From contig JAGGAE010000015.1 in the NCBI GenBank assembly GCA_017889725.1, positions 2,753 to 66,752 of the forward strand: a stretch of 64,000 nt of DNA, read 5' to 3'. The notes beneath the pieces are model-generated. The model searched no databases. It saw only the letters and a list, made by a program, of their open reading frames with translations, and was not told the origin of the DNA. The position numbers and the translations under genes are program-made. Position 1 is the stretch's first letter. Each line of letters starts with the position of its first letter. Of the stretch, positions 37,359-47,937 are shown one piece after another. This stretch comes from Bacillota bacterium (GTDB lineage Bacteria > Bacillota > Negativicutes > Sporomusales > CTSoil-080).

Positions 37359-39260
37359 ATGATTCGAATCGCGTTAGGCCAAATAGAAATCGTCCCCGGC
37401 CGTCCTGATGTAAATTCCGCTTTTATGCTGAAAATGATAGAACAAGCCCGGCAGCAAGGGGCAGACATTATTATTTTTCCGGAATTAGCCATTCCCGGCT
37501 ACCTGTTAGGGGATACCTGGGAACAACAGGGCTTCTTACGGGAATGCGAAGAATGCGGCCGCCAGGTCATTTCCGCATCCATCGACATCTGCGTAGTGTT
37601 CGGCAATGTCGGCGTAGATTGGCAACGACATGGTGACGACGGACGTGTTCGCAAGTACAACGCCCTATTTACCGCTTATCAGGGTAAGCTTTGGGGTAAT
37701 GACAATTTCCCCTATCCCTTCCGTATTAAAACTCTCCACCCTAATTATCGCGAGTTTGACGATACCCGCCATTTTTACAGTCTGCGCAAACTGGCTCTTG
37801 AAACCGGACGGACAGTGGAAAATCTGCTACAGCCAGTTCAAGTTGATTATAAAGATACGAAGCTTACACTGGGAGGCATTCTCTGTGAAGATGGCTGGAA
37901 TGAATATTACCCTGTTAATCCGGTAGCTACACTGAGCACGAAAAACAAACTAGATGTTATTATCAATATTTCCTGTTCCCCATTTACCTTAGGTAAAAAC
38001 GACAAACGTAACCGCGTCTTTTCCAAGCAGGCGGCTGCTGCAGGCATACCGCTTGTCTATGTAAACGCCGTAGGCCTTCAGAATAACGGTAAAACCGTTT
38101 ACACCTTTGACGGATTCAGTTCAGTATATGATGGCCAGGGCCAGGTTATTGCTACATGTTCCACCTTTCAACAAGAACTAAAGGTTGTTGAAATTCCCCC
38201 TCAGAGTCATCCCCTTGCCACTTCGGCAGAATCCGACAAAGATGATACTATCGAAAACGTATACCAGGCTTTAACGTACGGTATCCGGAAATTCATGGTC
38301 CAAACAGGTCTTAAAAAAGTAGTTATCGGCGTATCCGGCGGTATTGATTCCGCAGTTAACACCGCACTTTTCGCAAATGCCATTGGTTCAGAAAATCTTC
38401 TATTGGTCAACATGCCCAGTATATACAATTCTTCAACAACCAAAGGACTATCCGAACAATTGGCTGCCAACTTGGGCTGCTCTTATACAATCTTCCCCAT
38501 TCAAGAAGCCGTTGACCTTACTATTAAGCAGATTACCTCGACTCCGGTTACCCAATTGCAAACCGGAACCCAATCTACACTGAAAGTGTCCTCTTTTGTC
38601 GCCGAAAACATTCAGGCGCGTGACCGTTCGGCCCGTGTCCTTGCCGGCTTGGCCGCCGCCTTCGGCGGAGCCTTTACCTGTAACGCCAACAAAAGTGAAC
38701 TCACCGTGGGCTATTCCACGCTCTACGGAGATCAGGCCGGTTTTATTGCGGCCTTGGGCGACCTTTGGAAACATCAGGTGTATGCGCTCGGGCAGTATCT
38801 AAACACAAAAGTATTTAGTACTCCGGTTATTCCTCAAGGCATTTTCGATATCATCCCCAGTGCGGAACTGTCCTTCGACCAGGCGGTGGAAGAAGGTAAA
38901 GGCGATCCCCTTTACTATCCCTACCATGATTATCTCTTTCAAGCGTTTATTGAATGGTGGAACAGGGCTACCCCCGAGGATATTCTTACCTGGTATGCCG
39001 CTGGCGAACTGGAAGAACGACTGGGGTGCGAACAAGGTTTAACCATCAAACTTTTTGCCACCCCTGCCGAATTTATCACAGACCTGGAGAAATGGTGGAA
39101 ACTCTATACCGGCCTGGGAGTTGCCAAGCGCATCCAAGCCCCCCCCATCCTGGCCGTCAGCCGAAGGGCCTATGGTTTTGACCACCGGGAAGCCCAAAAC
39201 CAACCCTACTTCACCCGCGCCTATAATATATTAAAAACCCGCTTATTAGAAAAAATCTGA
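37359..39260 (+). CDS. nadE: Glutamine-dependent NAD+ synthetase
   Basis: Nitrilase triad (FPEL, K..PNYREFD, ILCED), GVSGGIDS, ENIQAR, NKSE..GYSTLYGD, PSAEL. Confidence 0.93.
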   Translation: MIRIALGQIEIVPGRPDVNSAFMLKMIEQARQQGADIIIFPELAIPGYLLGDTWEQQGFLRECEECGRQVISASIDICVVFGNVGVDWQRHGDDGRVRKYNALFTAYQGKLWGNDNFPYPFRIKTLHPNYREFDDTRHFYSLRKLALETGRTVENLLQPVQVDYKDTKLTLGGILCEDGWNEYYPVNPVATLSTKNKLDVIINISCSPFTLGKNDKRNRVFSKQAAAAGIPLVYVNAVGLQNNGKTVYTFDGFSSVYDGQGQVIATCSTFQQELKVVEIPPQSHPLATSAESDKDDTIENVYQALTYGIRKFMVQTGLKKVVIGVSGGIDSAVNTALFANAIGSENLLLVNMPSIYNSSTTKGLSEQLAANLGCSYTIFPIQEAVDLTIKQITSTPVTQLQTGTQSTLKVSSFVAENIQARDRSARVLAGLAAAFGGAFTCNANKSELTVGYSTLYGDQAGFIAALGDLWKHQVYALGQYLNTKVFSTPVIPQGIFDIIPSAELSFDQAVEEGKGDPLYYPYHDYLFQAFIEWWNRATPEDILTWYAAGELEERLGCEQGLTIKLFATPAEFITDLEKWWKLYTGLGVAKRIQAPPILAVSRRAYGFDHREAQNQPYFTRAYNILKTRLLEKI

Positions 39261-39279
39261 AATAACGGAGGCTACTACT

Positions 39280-40170
39280 ATGTATTTTGATAACGCCGAG
39301 GGCATGGTTTTTCGTCCGCCCAGCGAAGCTAATAGTTTAATTTTGCGTGTAACCATAGGCTGTTCGCATAATGTCTGTACCTTTTGCGGCATGTATCATG
39401 ACGTCGCTTTCCGGATACGCCCGGAAGAAGAAATTACAGCCTTGATAGAACGCGCCGCCAACCTCTATCCTTACCAACGAAGAATCTTTCTGGCTGACGG
39501 TAACGCACTAATACTACCTACCGAGCGTTTACTAAAAATAATGCACCAACTGCATCAAGCCTTTCCGAAATTGTCCCGCATTACATGCTACGGTGGACCG
39601 CTAGATATACTGCGCAAAACACCTGAAGAACTCATCGCCCTTCGTGATGCCGGCTTGCAAATTATTTATCTTGGCATTGAAAGCGGCTGTGATGCAGTTC
39701 TCACCGCCGTGAACAAAGGCGTCACAGCCGCTCAGATGAGCCAAGCCGGACAAAAAGTAATCAACGCAGGCATCAAGCTATCCGCTATGATTATTCTCGG
39801 TCTAGGCGGCAAAGACTGTACCACCGAGCACGCACGCCATACTGCTAACATCATCAACGAAATCAACCCCACTATGTTGGGGGCGCTAACCCTTATGCTC
39901 CACGAAGGTTCCCCCATGCGGACCGCCGCCGAAAACGGCCAGTTTCATCCTTTATCCCCGTTCGAGATTATGCAGGAACTTCATATGCTGGTTTCAGGTA
40001 TCGAAGTTACGCAGCCCTGCATTTTTCGCAGCACCCATATTTCCAACTTCCTGCCGCTATCGGGAACGCTCCCAAAAGATAAAGATCGCCTTTTAGCAGA
40101 CATCAACCAATGTCTCACTCATTTCCGTAATCAAACCCGCCCTACCTATAACGCCAGAGAACAATATTAA
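39280..40170 (+). CDS. Radical SAM protein of unknown function
   Basis: RPPSEANSL, GCSHNVCTFC, IFLADG, YLGIESG. Confidence 0.85.
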   Translation: MYFDNAEGMVFRPPSEANSLILRVTIGCSHNVCTFCGMYHDVAFRIRPEEEITALIERAANLYPYQRRIFLADGNALILPTERLLKIMHQLHQAFPKLSRITCYGGPLDILRKTPEELIALRDAGLQIIYLGIESGCDAVLTAVNKGVTAAQMSQAGQKVINAGIKLSAMIILGLGGKDCTTEHARHTANIINEINPTMLGALTLMLHEGSPMRTAAENGQFHPLSPFEIMQELHMLVSGIEVTQPCIFRSTHISNFLPLSGTLPKDKDRLLADINQCLTHFRNQTRPTYNAREQY

Positions 40171-40207
40171 ATGCAAAAGCCGCCCAAGGGCGGCTCTTTT
40201 CTTTATA

Positions 40208-40561
40208 TTAACGTCGCAAAAACCTAGTAAGCATCCAAAGCAAACTGGCTATTACCATAAAAAAGACAGCCAGCGGTAAAAAAACGACCACAAACACTAC
40301 GATAACGGCAACAATAAGAAGCTTTGTAGTCCATTTCATCCGTCCCAGTCCCCAGGTCATATGACTGATATGAATGCCTTGATTAGCCCCTTGTTGCTGA
40401 TATCGATATTGATAATTTGAGCGGGCATCCGACTCAGTCTCCACAGTGATCCCCTGAAAGTTTTCCCGTTCTTCCGGGGCTAACCGGGTTGCCTCCGTTT
40501 CTCGGCACTGACACCTTTCCTCTTGTTCCAGTACTCTCCCACAATTTACACACCGCATCAT
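40208..40561 (-). CDS. Hypothetical membrane protein with N-terminal Cys knuckle
   Basis: CVNCG..CQC and a C-terminal hydrophobic hairpin. Confidence 0.7.
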   Translation of the reverse strand: MMRCVNCGRVLEQEERCQCRETEATRLAPEERENFQGITVETESDARSNYQYRYQQQGANQGIHISHMTWGLGRMKWTTKLLIVAVIVVFVVVFLPLAVFFMVIASLLWMLTRFLRR

Positions 40562-40573
40562 TTTCTCCCCCCA

Positions 40574-42091
40574 TCACGGCGTAAACAGCGAATAAATTAA
40601 CCCTTCAGCACTTAAATAACGCGGATCATATTTAACAAGTTCCAGTACTTTAAATAACTTATCACGATTCGTATATACGCTACTTGTTGAAACGCCCAGA
40701 TCAGAAGCTAATTTCTCAGCGGAAATCCCTTGCGGAGAATTCAAGAGAGCATAGCTGAAAATCACCGCAGCCGCCCAAGCACCGGCTTTCCTTACCATAA
40801 CCGGGCTCATCTGACAGTAATCGTTCCATAGACGGTCCGCCAAAACCTGATCGTGTTTCGAAAATCCGTATTCCGGCATAATATCACGGAACAACTTACG
40901 TACTTCCTCATTAGCCTCACGCTGCTGTACAATAACAGGAAATGTCCGTTCCATCTGATCAAAGGGGGTAACATTCAGTTTTGCCATATTCAGCAGCACA
41001 TCTACCGTATGCCGGAAGGCCAAGGCATGACGTCCAAAAAATTCCGCCCACGTCGCCCCTGGCTGCTGAACATCAAAAATAGCTTTTTGCCGTAATGTCT
41101 CCTCTTTAATACGGCGGCAAAGATTTGCACTTAGTTTAATACTGGTTATACAATTTACCAATAAAGTCTCCCGCGAAAACACATGCCCAAAAAACAGCAT
41201 TTTTTTCATACCCTTATAATCAAAATCGGGATGAGGCAGATTAAACACTTCATCGGTAAACACATTCACGCACTCTACCCACTCGGGATTAAGAACCCGA
41301 TTAACAGTAAATACCGTAAATTCGGTATGCAGCAAGTCTTCCATAACTTGCCGCTCTTCTACAGAAAACTCATTCCAACTGGATTGAGCAAATTCCTTTA
41401 TTGGTTTTTCATCATTCGAAAGCAACCGGTAGTCAAATAAAAAGTAATCCCAAAATTCCTGCCAAAACATGTTAAATTCCCCGGGTTCCGGCTCGGGAAT
41501 AGGATTGAGCGGCCCAGCAAACAAAAACAAAGCTCGCTGAAAATCCTCGTTAAATTCTTTTTGCTGGAAAAAATTTCCCAGCTTCATCATCAACCCCTCA
41601 ACGACTTCCCCCACTACGTTGACGAACTCTTCCGCCAGCAAAGAGGAACTTCGAGAAAACAGCAGATTTCCAGTATCGATAAGTTTGACCTTGTCGCCAC
41701 CGGCGATTTCCTTAGCGGCCTGTTCCAGTTCCGTAGTATCGGCTAACACTTTTTTTAGCGCCAAATGCCTATAAAAATCTAATAATACATTAAAAAAGCG
41801 ACGAACTGGCTTTAACGTTGCTTTAAAACCTTTTACATGACCAGCGAGCCACTCGATTACACGGCTATACTCCTGATAAGGTATTTCTTCTAAATAATCT
41901 GCATTGGTATGCTCTAAATATTTCAAGAACATCTTAATATTATGCCAAATTTCACGAAGTTCCTCATCAGTTGCTCCCTGCCAAGCATTCTGACGTAAAT
42001 ACCCTTCCACCCATTCACGGCTTATAGGCAAGTCTTCCTCTGTTTCTTTTTCATAGAAATAGCCAACTTCTTCATACACATTTTTCATCAA
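40574..42091 (-). CDS. Hypothetical multidomain protein with C-terminal HTH
   Basis: 505-aa ORF with AAGGAG RBS; FWDYFLFDY, AWAAAV..LASDLGVSTSSV. Confidence 0.7.
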   Translation of the reverse strand: MMKNVYEEVGYFYEKETEEDLPISREWVEGYLRQNAWQGATDEELREIWHNIKMFLKYLEHTNADYLEEIPYQEYSRVIEWLAGHVKGFKATLKPVRRFFNVLLDFYRHLALKKVLADTTELEQAAKEIAGGDKVKLIDTGNLLFSRSSSLLAEEFVNVVGEVVEGLMMKLGNFFQQKEFNEDFQRALFLFAGPLNPIPEPEPGEFNMFWQEFWDYFLFDYRLLSNDEKPIKEFAQSSWNEFSVEERQVMEDLLHTEFTVFTVNRVLNPEWVECVNVFTDEVFNLPHPDFDYKGMKKMLFFGHVFSRETLLVNCITSIKLSANLCRRIKEETLRQKAIFDVQQPGATWAEFFGRHALAFRHTVDVLLNMAKLNVTPFDQMERTFPVIVQQREANEEVRKLFRDIMPEYGFSKHDQVLADRLWNDYCQMSPVMVRKAGAWAAAVIFSYALLNSPQGISAEKLASDLGVSTSSVYTNRDKLFKVLELVKYDPRYLSAEGLIYSLFTP

Positions 42092-42290
42092 GACTAAGAA
42101 TCTCCTTCAATACATGACAACACTACGGATATCATTATACCATTTTTCGGCGTTTGCTACTACCTGTCCAACCTGAAACCAACTCTTTTACATAGTTTTT
42201 CCAGTTTGGTGCTAGCGCCTTCTCATCCCTATTATTTTCAAAAAACCGCAAGCCAAGCGGCTTACGGTTTTTTTAGTCAAATACTTCTTA

Positions 42291-42662
42291 CTACCGGTGC
42301 CTTGGGCGTCGGGCCTTGGGCGGGCCGATAATTTCAGAGAAAATAATACCATTGACTACATCCGAGTGGGTAAACTGTCGTGACCCGCGGATAACAAAGT
42401 CCTCCTGCACTTTGTTATCCGCCCCTCCCACTGCAGCAGCAGCGCGATCCGCCACAGAAGCATAGTCCGGTTCCGAAAGATCGATAGGCAAAACGGCTTC
42501 TTTCGGAGACCGTATTTGGGCATTTGGAGGTTCCGGAACACGGGGGGGAATCTCCGGATACTCATATTCCTTTTTCTTATAGCTTTTAAACAGCAAAGGT
42601 ATCCCATAAATAATCAGCATACCGAAAATAATACTAATTACGTGGCCAAAAGATTTCTCCAT
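42291..42662 (-). CDS. Hypothetical protein (YqfB position)
   Basis: N-terminal TM, C-terminal GIIFSEIIGPPKAR; follows floA. Confidence 0.7.
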   Translation of the reverse strand: MEKSFGHVISIIFGMLIIYGIPLLFKSYKKKEYEYPEIPPRVPEPPNAQIRSPKEAVLPIDLSEPDYASVADRAAAAVGGADNKVQEDFVIRGSRQFTHSDVVNGIIFSEIIGPPKARRPRHR

Positions 42663-42676
42663 GATTCATCCCCTAC

Positions 42677-43669
42677 CTATTTCGCAGGTGTTTCATTTTT
42701 CCCCGTCGGAGCCGCCGGCCCTGTCTTGGCAATAGTTTCTCGCATTTCGGTATCCGCCAGAATATTGTTCATATTATAGTAATCCATGACTCCCATTTTT
42801 CCTTCTTTTAGCGCCGTCGCCAGCGCATGAGGCACCTCGGCCTGTGCTTCGACCACCTTAGCCTGCATCTCCTGGGTATAAGCGCGCATTTCCTGTTCTT
42901 TAGCCACAGCCATTGCCCGTCGTTCTTCCGCTTTAGCCTGCGCTACCCGCTTTTCCGCCTCAGCCTGGTCAGTCATAAGCTCCGCCCCGATATTTCTTCC
43001 CACATCCACATCAGCGATATCAATCGACAAAATTTCGAAGGCAGTACCAGCATCAAGCCCCTTTGCCAGAACCGTCCGAGAGATATAATCAGGGTTTTCC
43101 AGCACATCTTTATGATCCTTTGAAGACCCGACATTCGTAACAATTCCTTCACCCACGCGAGCAATTATAGTTGCCTCCCCGGCACCGCCGACAAGCCGGT
43201 CAATATTAGCCCGCACCGTTACCCGGGCTTTTACCTTCAGCTCAATGCCGTTTTTCGCCACCGCAGAAACAAATGGTGTTTCTATTACTTTGGGATTAAC
43301 ACTCATTTGGACGGCTTCGAGAACATTGCGTCCTGCCAAATCTATAGCTGCTGACCGTTCAAATGGCAGACTAATCTGTGCCCGGTGTGCCGCAATCAAA
43401 GAGTCAATCACCCGGTCAACATTGCCCCCTGCTAGAAAATGCGCTTCTAATTGGTTTACACTAATTTCAAGCCCTGCTTTATTCGCCTTAATCAGCGGCA
43501 GAACAATCTTCGCCGGAGGCACCCGCCTTAACCGCATACCAATCAAATTAAAAATCCCTACATGAACACCAGCGGCCAATGCCGAAATCCATAAACCCAG
43601 TGGCACAAAATGCAAAAACAGCACTACCGCCACTATAAAAATTACCACTATAAAAATACTACCAATCAT
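42677..43669 (-). CDS. floA: Flotillin-like protein FloA (YqfA)
   Basis: [54 protein letters not shown]. Confidence 0.95.
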   Translation of the reverse strand: MIGSIFIVVIFIVAVVLFLHFVPLGLWISALAAGVHVGIFNLIGMRLRRVPPAKIVLPLIKANKAGLEISVNQLEAHFLAGGNVDRVIDSLIAAHRAQISLPFERSAAIDLAGRNVLEAVQMSVNPKVIETPFVSAVAKNGIELKVKARVTVRANIDRLVGGAGEATIIARVGEGIVTNVGSSKDHKDVLENPDYISRTVLAKGLDAGTAFEILSIDIADVDVGRNIGAELMTDQAEAEKRVAQAKAEERRAMAVAKEQEMRAYTQEMQAKVVEAQAEVPHALATALKEGKMGVMDYYNMNNILADTEMRETIAKTGPAAPTGKNETPAK

Positions 43670-43692
43670 AAGAGCCTCCTTTTTTTCTCTCG

Positions 43693-44988
43693 CTATTTAT
43701 TTACTGTTCTTACCACAATCCGATTCCCGTTAACAGCAACAACGCGCACCGGAATCCCTGGAACAACATATTCCCCTTCCGAAACAACATTAAGATGTAC
43801 TCCGTCAAACTCGGCAACGCCTGAAGGGCGAAGTAAAGTCAGTGTCATTCCGGTACGACCCATATACGAAACATAATCTTCACTGGAAACATACCCCGTC
43901 CCCGCCGTAGCCGCGTTTGTCAGTACAAATTTGGACCATACACGACTTGACGGCAATTTCTTCAGCAACAGTAAAAATACAAGTATTGCCACTACAAGAC
44001 TGGCGGCTAGAAGATTCAGCGCCATCGCATCAGCTCCCAGCGTCAGAAAAAAGCTGCCTAAAATCATTAGCGTTCCTATTGCGCCAAACAGACCTACACC
44101 CGGACTATACAGTTCGGCGATAAGAGCTATGACACCACCGGAAAATAACAGAATCTCCATCCATCCGGCCAACCCGGTTATCCACTGACTGACGAAAAAC
44201 AGCAGCGCGGCTAAAATCGCTATTCCTCCGGCAATTCCCGTACCGGCAGTCTTTATTTCCGCCATAATACCTAAAAAAATAATAGTGATAAGCGCCGATT
44301 TCACTAAAGAACTTGATAACCAGGCTGCCAGCTTTTCCTGCCACCCCAACGAGTATTCGAGCACTGCGGCATCAGCCAAATCGTAACTTGTCAGCACCTC
44401 TGACCGGGAAGCGGCAATTAAATCGGCATACCCCACTTTCAAAGCCTGATAATCCGTAAGCGCCAGAATCTGTCCAGGATCCGCATAGCCTGGAAGCCCC
44501 TGGGTTTTGTCAACCATTGCCTGAGCAACCGCCGGGTTTCGACCGGTTTTATTAGCGGTCGCCGCAAACTCGGCTTTAAGAGCCGCTATTGTTTTCTCTG
44601 TTGCCGGAATAGGTTCCGCCGCCCCTATACTCCCCCCGGGAGCAATTACAATTTTTTGGTGCGCGAGAGCAATGAGCGCACCGGCCGACCATGCACGATT
44701 TTTTATATAACAAATAGTCAGCATCGGCGATTCGCTTATCATATCCCTGATTTTCGTACCCGCGTCCACTAACCCACCAAAGGTATCCAATTCAATAAGC
44801 ACCGCCTGTGCCTCTTTCTCTTTTGCCTCTGTCAGTGCCTTATGAACAAGCGCCACCTGTCCGTCATCGATTTCGCCTTTAATGTCAATAACAACGACCG
44901 GTGCCTTGCTTGCATACGCTAAGGAAAAAACGTTCAAGAGAAGTAAAACACTTATGCATATTAGCCACCTTTGCTTTGCGCCTCTCAT
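43693..44988 (-). CDS. NfeD-family membrane serine protease (YqeZ)
   Basis: [23 protein letters not shown]-terminal LRPSG OB fold; AGGAGG RBS. Confidence 0.9.
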   Translation of the reverse strand: MRGAKQRWLICISVLLLLNVFSLAYASKAPVVVIDIKGEIDDGQVALVHKALTEAKEKEAQAVLIELDTFGGLVDAGTKIRDMISESPMLTICYIKNRAWSAGALIALAHQKIVIAPGGSIGAAEPIPATEKTIAALKAEFAATANKTGRNPAVAQAMVDKTQGLPGYADPGQILALTDYQALKVGYADLIAASRSEVLTSYDLADAAVLEYSLGWQEKLAAWLSSSLVKSALITIIFLGIMAEIKTAGTGIAGGIAILAALLFFVSQWITGLAGWMEILLFSGGVIALIAELYSPGVGLFGAIGTLMILGSFFLTLGADAMALNLLAASLVVAILVFLLLLKKLPSSRVWSKFVLTNAATAGTGYVSSEDYVSYMGRTGMTLTLLRPSGVAEFDGVHLNVVSEGEYVVPGIPVRVVAVNGNRIVVRTVNK

Positions 44989-45320
44989 TTTCTCCTCCTG
45001 TTTCCTCTTATAACCAGAAAACTTCTTCATTTTTTCCAAAAATCCTTTTAATATCTATCAAATGGCAAATTATCTGTATTTTTCCAATTATTTCATCATT
45101 GAAACTTTTCTTTTTCCCCTTGACTTAGCTTATTTTATATGCTATTTTTTTACTATACCAGTGAGGCATCGACAAATTTCGTGTTAAATTTCTAATATAC
45201 TACATTGCAGATTACACAGTTAATATATCCCGCAAAAATTATAATATGATTTCAGCAACTTATTTCCAGTATTTCTATTCTTATTCTAATACTATAGCCA
45301 GTAATGACTGCTGTTTCACA

Positions 45321-45354
45321 CATAATAGGACAAGCTTCGGCTTGTCCTATTATG
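45321..45354. repeat. Perfect 15-bp hairpin with TTCG loop
   Basis: CATAATAGGACAAGC-TTCG-GCTTGTCCTATTATG. Confidence 0.85.
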
Positions 45355-45376
45355 CTTTGGTTATCTAAAAAGTATA

Positions 45377-45410
45377 AAAAGTAAACCCGGTATCCGAAGG
45401 ACACCGGGTT
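45377..45410 (-). terminator. Terminator of rpsU-yqeY
   Basis: AACCCGGTGTCC-TTCG-GATACCGGGTTTACTTTTT on the minus strand. Confidence 0.75.
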
Positions 45411-45414
45411 GTGT

Positions 45415-45867
45415 TTATTGATTTAGCAATTCTTTAACAATGGTATTCACCAGTTTACCATCCGCACGACCTTTGACCTTAGGCATAAGCAAGGCCATAA
45501 CCTTGCCCATTTCCTTGGGGCTAGAGGCTCCGGATTCGCGAACCGCTTCAACGACCAGTACTCTTACCGCCTCCCCATCTAACTGTTCCGGGAGGTATTT
45601 GAGCAATACGGCAATTTCCTGTTCAAGGGCTTCAACCAAATCAGGCCTATTCCCTTTTTGAAATTCTTCCATAGCGTCCCGGCGCATTTTAACTTCTTTT
45701 GCCAAGACGTCTAGAACTTCCTCTTCACTAAGATCCTTCTTGCGATCAATCTCAGTATTTTTAATACTAGCACGAACCATGCGTATTACTGAAAGCCTGA
45801 TTTTCCCCGCTTCCTTATCCCTCATGGCCTGCTTCATATCTTCAGTCAATCTCTCTTTAATAGACAT
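45415..45867 (-). CDS. yqeY: GatB/YqeY domain protein
   Basis: LTEDMKQAMR, YLPEQL, MGKVM..VKGRADGK. Confidence 0.93.
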   Translation of the reverse strand: MSIKERLTEDMKQAMRDKEAGKIRLSVIRMVRASIKNTEIDRKKDLSEEEVLDVLAKEVKMRRDAMEEFQKGNRPDLVEALEQEIAVLLKYLPEQLDGEAVRVLVVEAVRESGASSPKEMGKVMALLMPKVKGRADGKLVNTIVKELLNQ

Positions 45868-45885
45868 ATTAAAAAACCTCCGAAA

Positions 45886-46062
45886 CTATTTGAACTTGCG
45901 CTTGCGCGCCGCTTCGGATTTCTTTTTGCGCTTTACACTTGGTTTCTCATAATGCTCGCGTTTTCTTACTTCCGAAAGAACTCCAGCCTTTTGGCAATTA
46001 CGTTTAAACCTGCGAATGGCACTATCCAATGTTTCGTTTTTACCAACTTTGATTTCTGACAC
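45886..46062 (-). CDS. rpsU: 30S ribosomal protein S21 (not in ORF track)
   Basis: GTG start; [46 protein letters not shown]. Confidence 0.97.
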   Translation of the reverse strand: MSEIKVGKNETLDSAIRRFKRNCQKAGVLSEVRKREHYEKPSVKRKKKSEAARKRKFK

Positions 46063-46126
46063 CTAATCTCCCTCCCTCCACACAGACCTCGGGAAGCTAC
46101 TGTTTGGCTTATGGGTTTACCTAAAA

Positions 46127-46155
46127 ATTATACACAAATACTCCGACTTTGTCAA
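46127..46155 (-). promoter_or_regulatory. sigmaA promoter of rpsU
   Basis: TTGACA-17-TATAAT, perfect consensus. Confidence 0.85.
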
Positions 46156-46157
46156 TA

Positions 46158-46505
46158 TTAGCCTGGAGGCCATTCCATAAACCTTCCGCCCAACAAATGG
46201 AAGTGCAAGTGATGCACAGTTTGCCCCCCATTGTCTTTGGTGTTGACTACAGTGCGAAACCCTTCATCGGCAATACCAACCTCCGCAGCAATTCGAGGTA
46301 TAACTGTCATAATATGACCCAATAAAGGGGCATCTTTCCCGTCTACTTCCGTTATATTGTCAATATGACGTTTAGGAATGACCAGGACATGAACAGGCGC
46401 TGCAGGATTGATGTCGGGAAAAGCGATTACATATTCATCTTCATAAATTATTTTTGTCGGAATCTCCCGGTTTACAATTCTACAAAAAATACAATCTTGC
46501 TGCAT
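46158..46505 (-). CDS. HIT family nucleotide-binding protein
   Basis: DCIFC, GQTVHHLHFHLLGGR. Confidence 0.93.
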   Translation of the reverse strand: MQQDCIFCRIVNREIPTKIIYEDEYVIAFPDINPAAPVHVLVIPKRHIDNITEVDGKDAPLLGHIMTVIPRIAAEVGIADEGFRTVVNTKDNGGQTVHHLHFHLLGGRFMEWPPG

Positions 46506-46616
46506 AATTCACCTCCTCTCATTCCTTGCTGCAAAAGTTTATACTTACTGGTCTATGTATAGATAGTTCGCCTTGCATTAGCGGATATCCTGCCATAGTT
46601 TGCCCTTTTGGAATAT

Positions 46617-47912
46617 TTAGTAAGATATTATCCCCCATACCCCATCCTGGTATATTTCCCCCAATATAACAGGTAGAAGATGGCCGTGAGGTGCTTGTTC
46701 ACCCGTATAGACCCGGATATAGTTTCCGGTTAAACCTTCTACCGGGTTCGTCTCCTGTCCCTCAGGCAATATGAGCATCTTGCGCCCAAAAAACTGCTCG
46801 CGAAAGGCAACGCTTTTTTTCGCCGCCAGCTGCTGCAATAGGCCCGCCCGGCTTTTCTTTTCGTTTTCCGGTATTTGATCGGAAAAACTGGCGGCAGACG
46901 TTCCTTTACGCTTTGAATAGGGAAATACGTGGATTCCCGCAAAATTCATTTTTTCGACAAAAGCCAGTGTATTGGCAAACATTGTCTCAGTCTCGCCCGG
47001 AAATCCTACAATTATATCCGTTGATATAGCAATATCCGGCACCTTGTCCCGAATGCCAGCCACTAAATCCCAGTACTCTGTCGTAGTATAGTGACGATTC
47101 ATGGCCTTCAGTACAGTATCATCCCCTGACTGCAACGGCAAATGCAGATGAGGACACAACCGGTCATCGGCTATCATAATGTCGATTAAGGCATCGTCCA
47201 CTTCCACCGACTCAAGTGAACTCAAGCGCAAGCGTACAAGCCCAGGTACATCAAGAATTCTCTTAACCGCTTCGGTCAGTGACAAATTCGGACCTAAATC
47301 ACGGCCATACGCACCCAAATGAATGCCGGTAAGTACGATTTCCTCAAACCCGGCTTTTACTAATTTATTTACCTCACGCACAATACTGTCGAGCGGACGC
47401 GAACGAAGCGGTCCTCTGGCATAGGGTATAATGCAGTACGTACAAAAATTAGTACAGCCCTCCTGAATTTTAAGAAAGGCTCTCGTCCGGCCCGGGGCCG
47501 AAAAAAGGGGAATATCTTCAAACTCACCAGTGGCCATAATGTTGCCCACCAGCGTAACTTTTTCCTGTTTTATCTTAGCATTTTCCACCAATTCCACGAT
47601 ACGGTGGCGCTCTTTGGTCCCAACCACAACAGTTACCCCTGGTATTTGGGCTATCGCCTGCGGTGATAATTGGGCATAACAGCCGGTCACCACAATGACG
47701 GCCTGGGGGTTCAACCTGGTTGCTCTCCGGATGAGCTGGCGAGATTTCTTCTCACCAAGATGTGTTACAGAGCAAGTGTTAATGACATAAAAATCGGCAA
47801 TCTCATCAAAAGCAACGATTTCATAGCCCCGCTCACGAAATAATCCGGCAATAGTATCCGTCTCAAACTGATTTACCTTGCACCCTAACGTTGTCAGCGC
47901 CACACATGGCAC
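46617..47912 (-). CDS. mtaB: tRNA t6A37 methylthiotransferase
   Basis: TLGCKVNQFE, INTCSVT, KIQEGCTNFCTYC, LTGIHLG, FPYSKRKGT. Confidence 0.93.
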   Translation of the reverse strand: MPCVALTTLGCKVNQFETDTIAGLFRERGYEIVAFDEIADFYVINTCSVTHLGEKKSRQLIRRATRLNPQAVIVVTGCYAQLSPQAIAQIPGVTVVVGTKERHRIVELVENAKIKQEKVTLVGNIMATGEFEDIPLFSAPGRTRAFLKIQEGCTNFCTYCIIPYARGPLRSRPLDSIVREVNKLVKAGFEEIVLTGIHLGAYGRDLGPNLSLTEAVKRILDVPGLVRLRLSSLESVEVDDALIDIMIADDRLCPHLHLPLQSGDDTVLKAMNRHYTTTEYWDLVAGIRDKVPDIAISTDIIVGFPGETETMFANTLAFVEKMNFAGIHVFPYSKRKGTSAASFSDQIPENEKKSRAGLLQQLAAKKSVAFREQFFGRKMLILPEGQETNPVEGLTGNYIRVYTGEQAPHGHLLPVILGEIYQDGVWGIISY

Positions 47913-47937
47913 GCCGGTCCCTCCCTACATCCATAGC

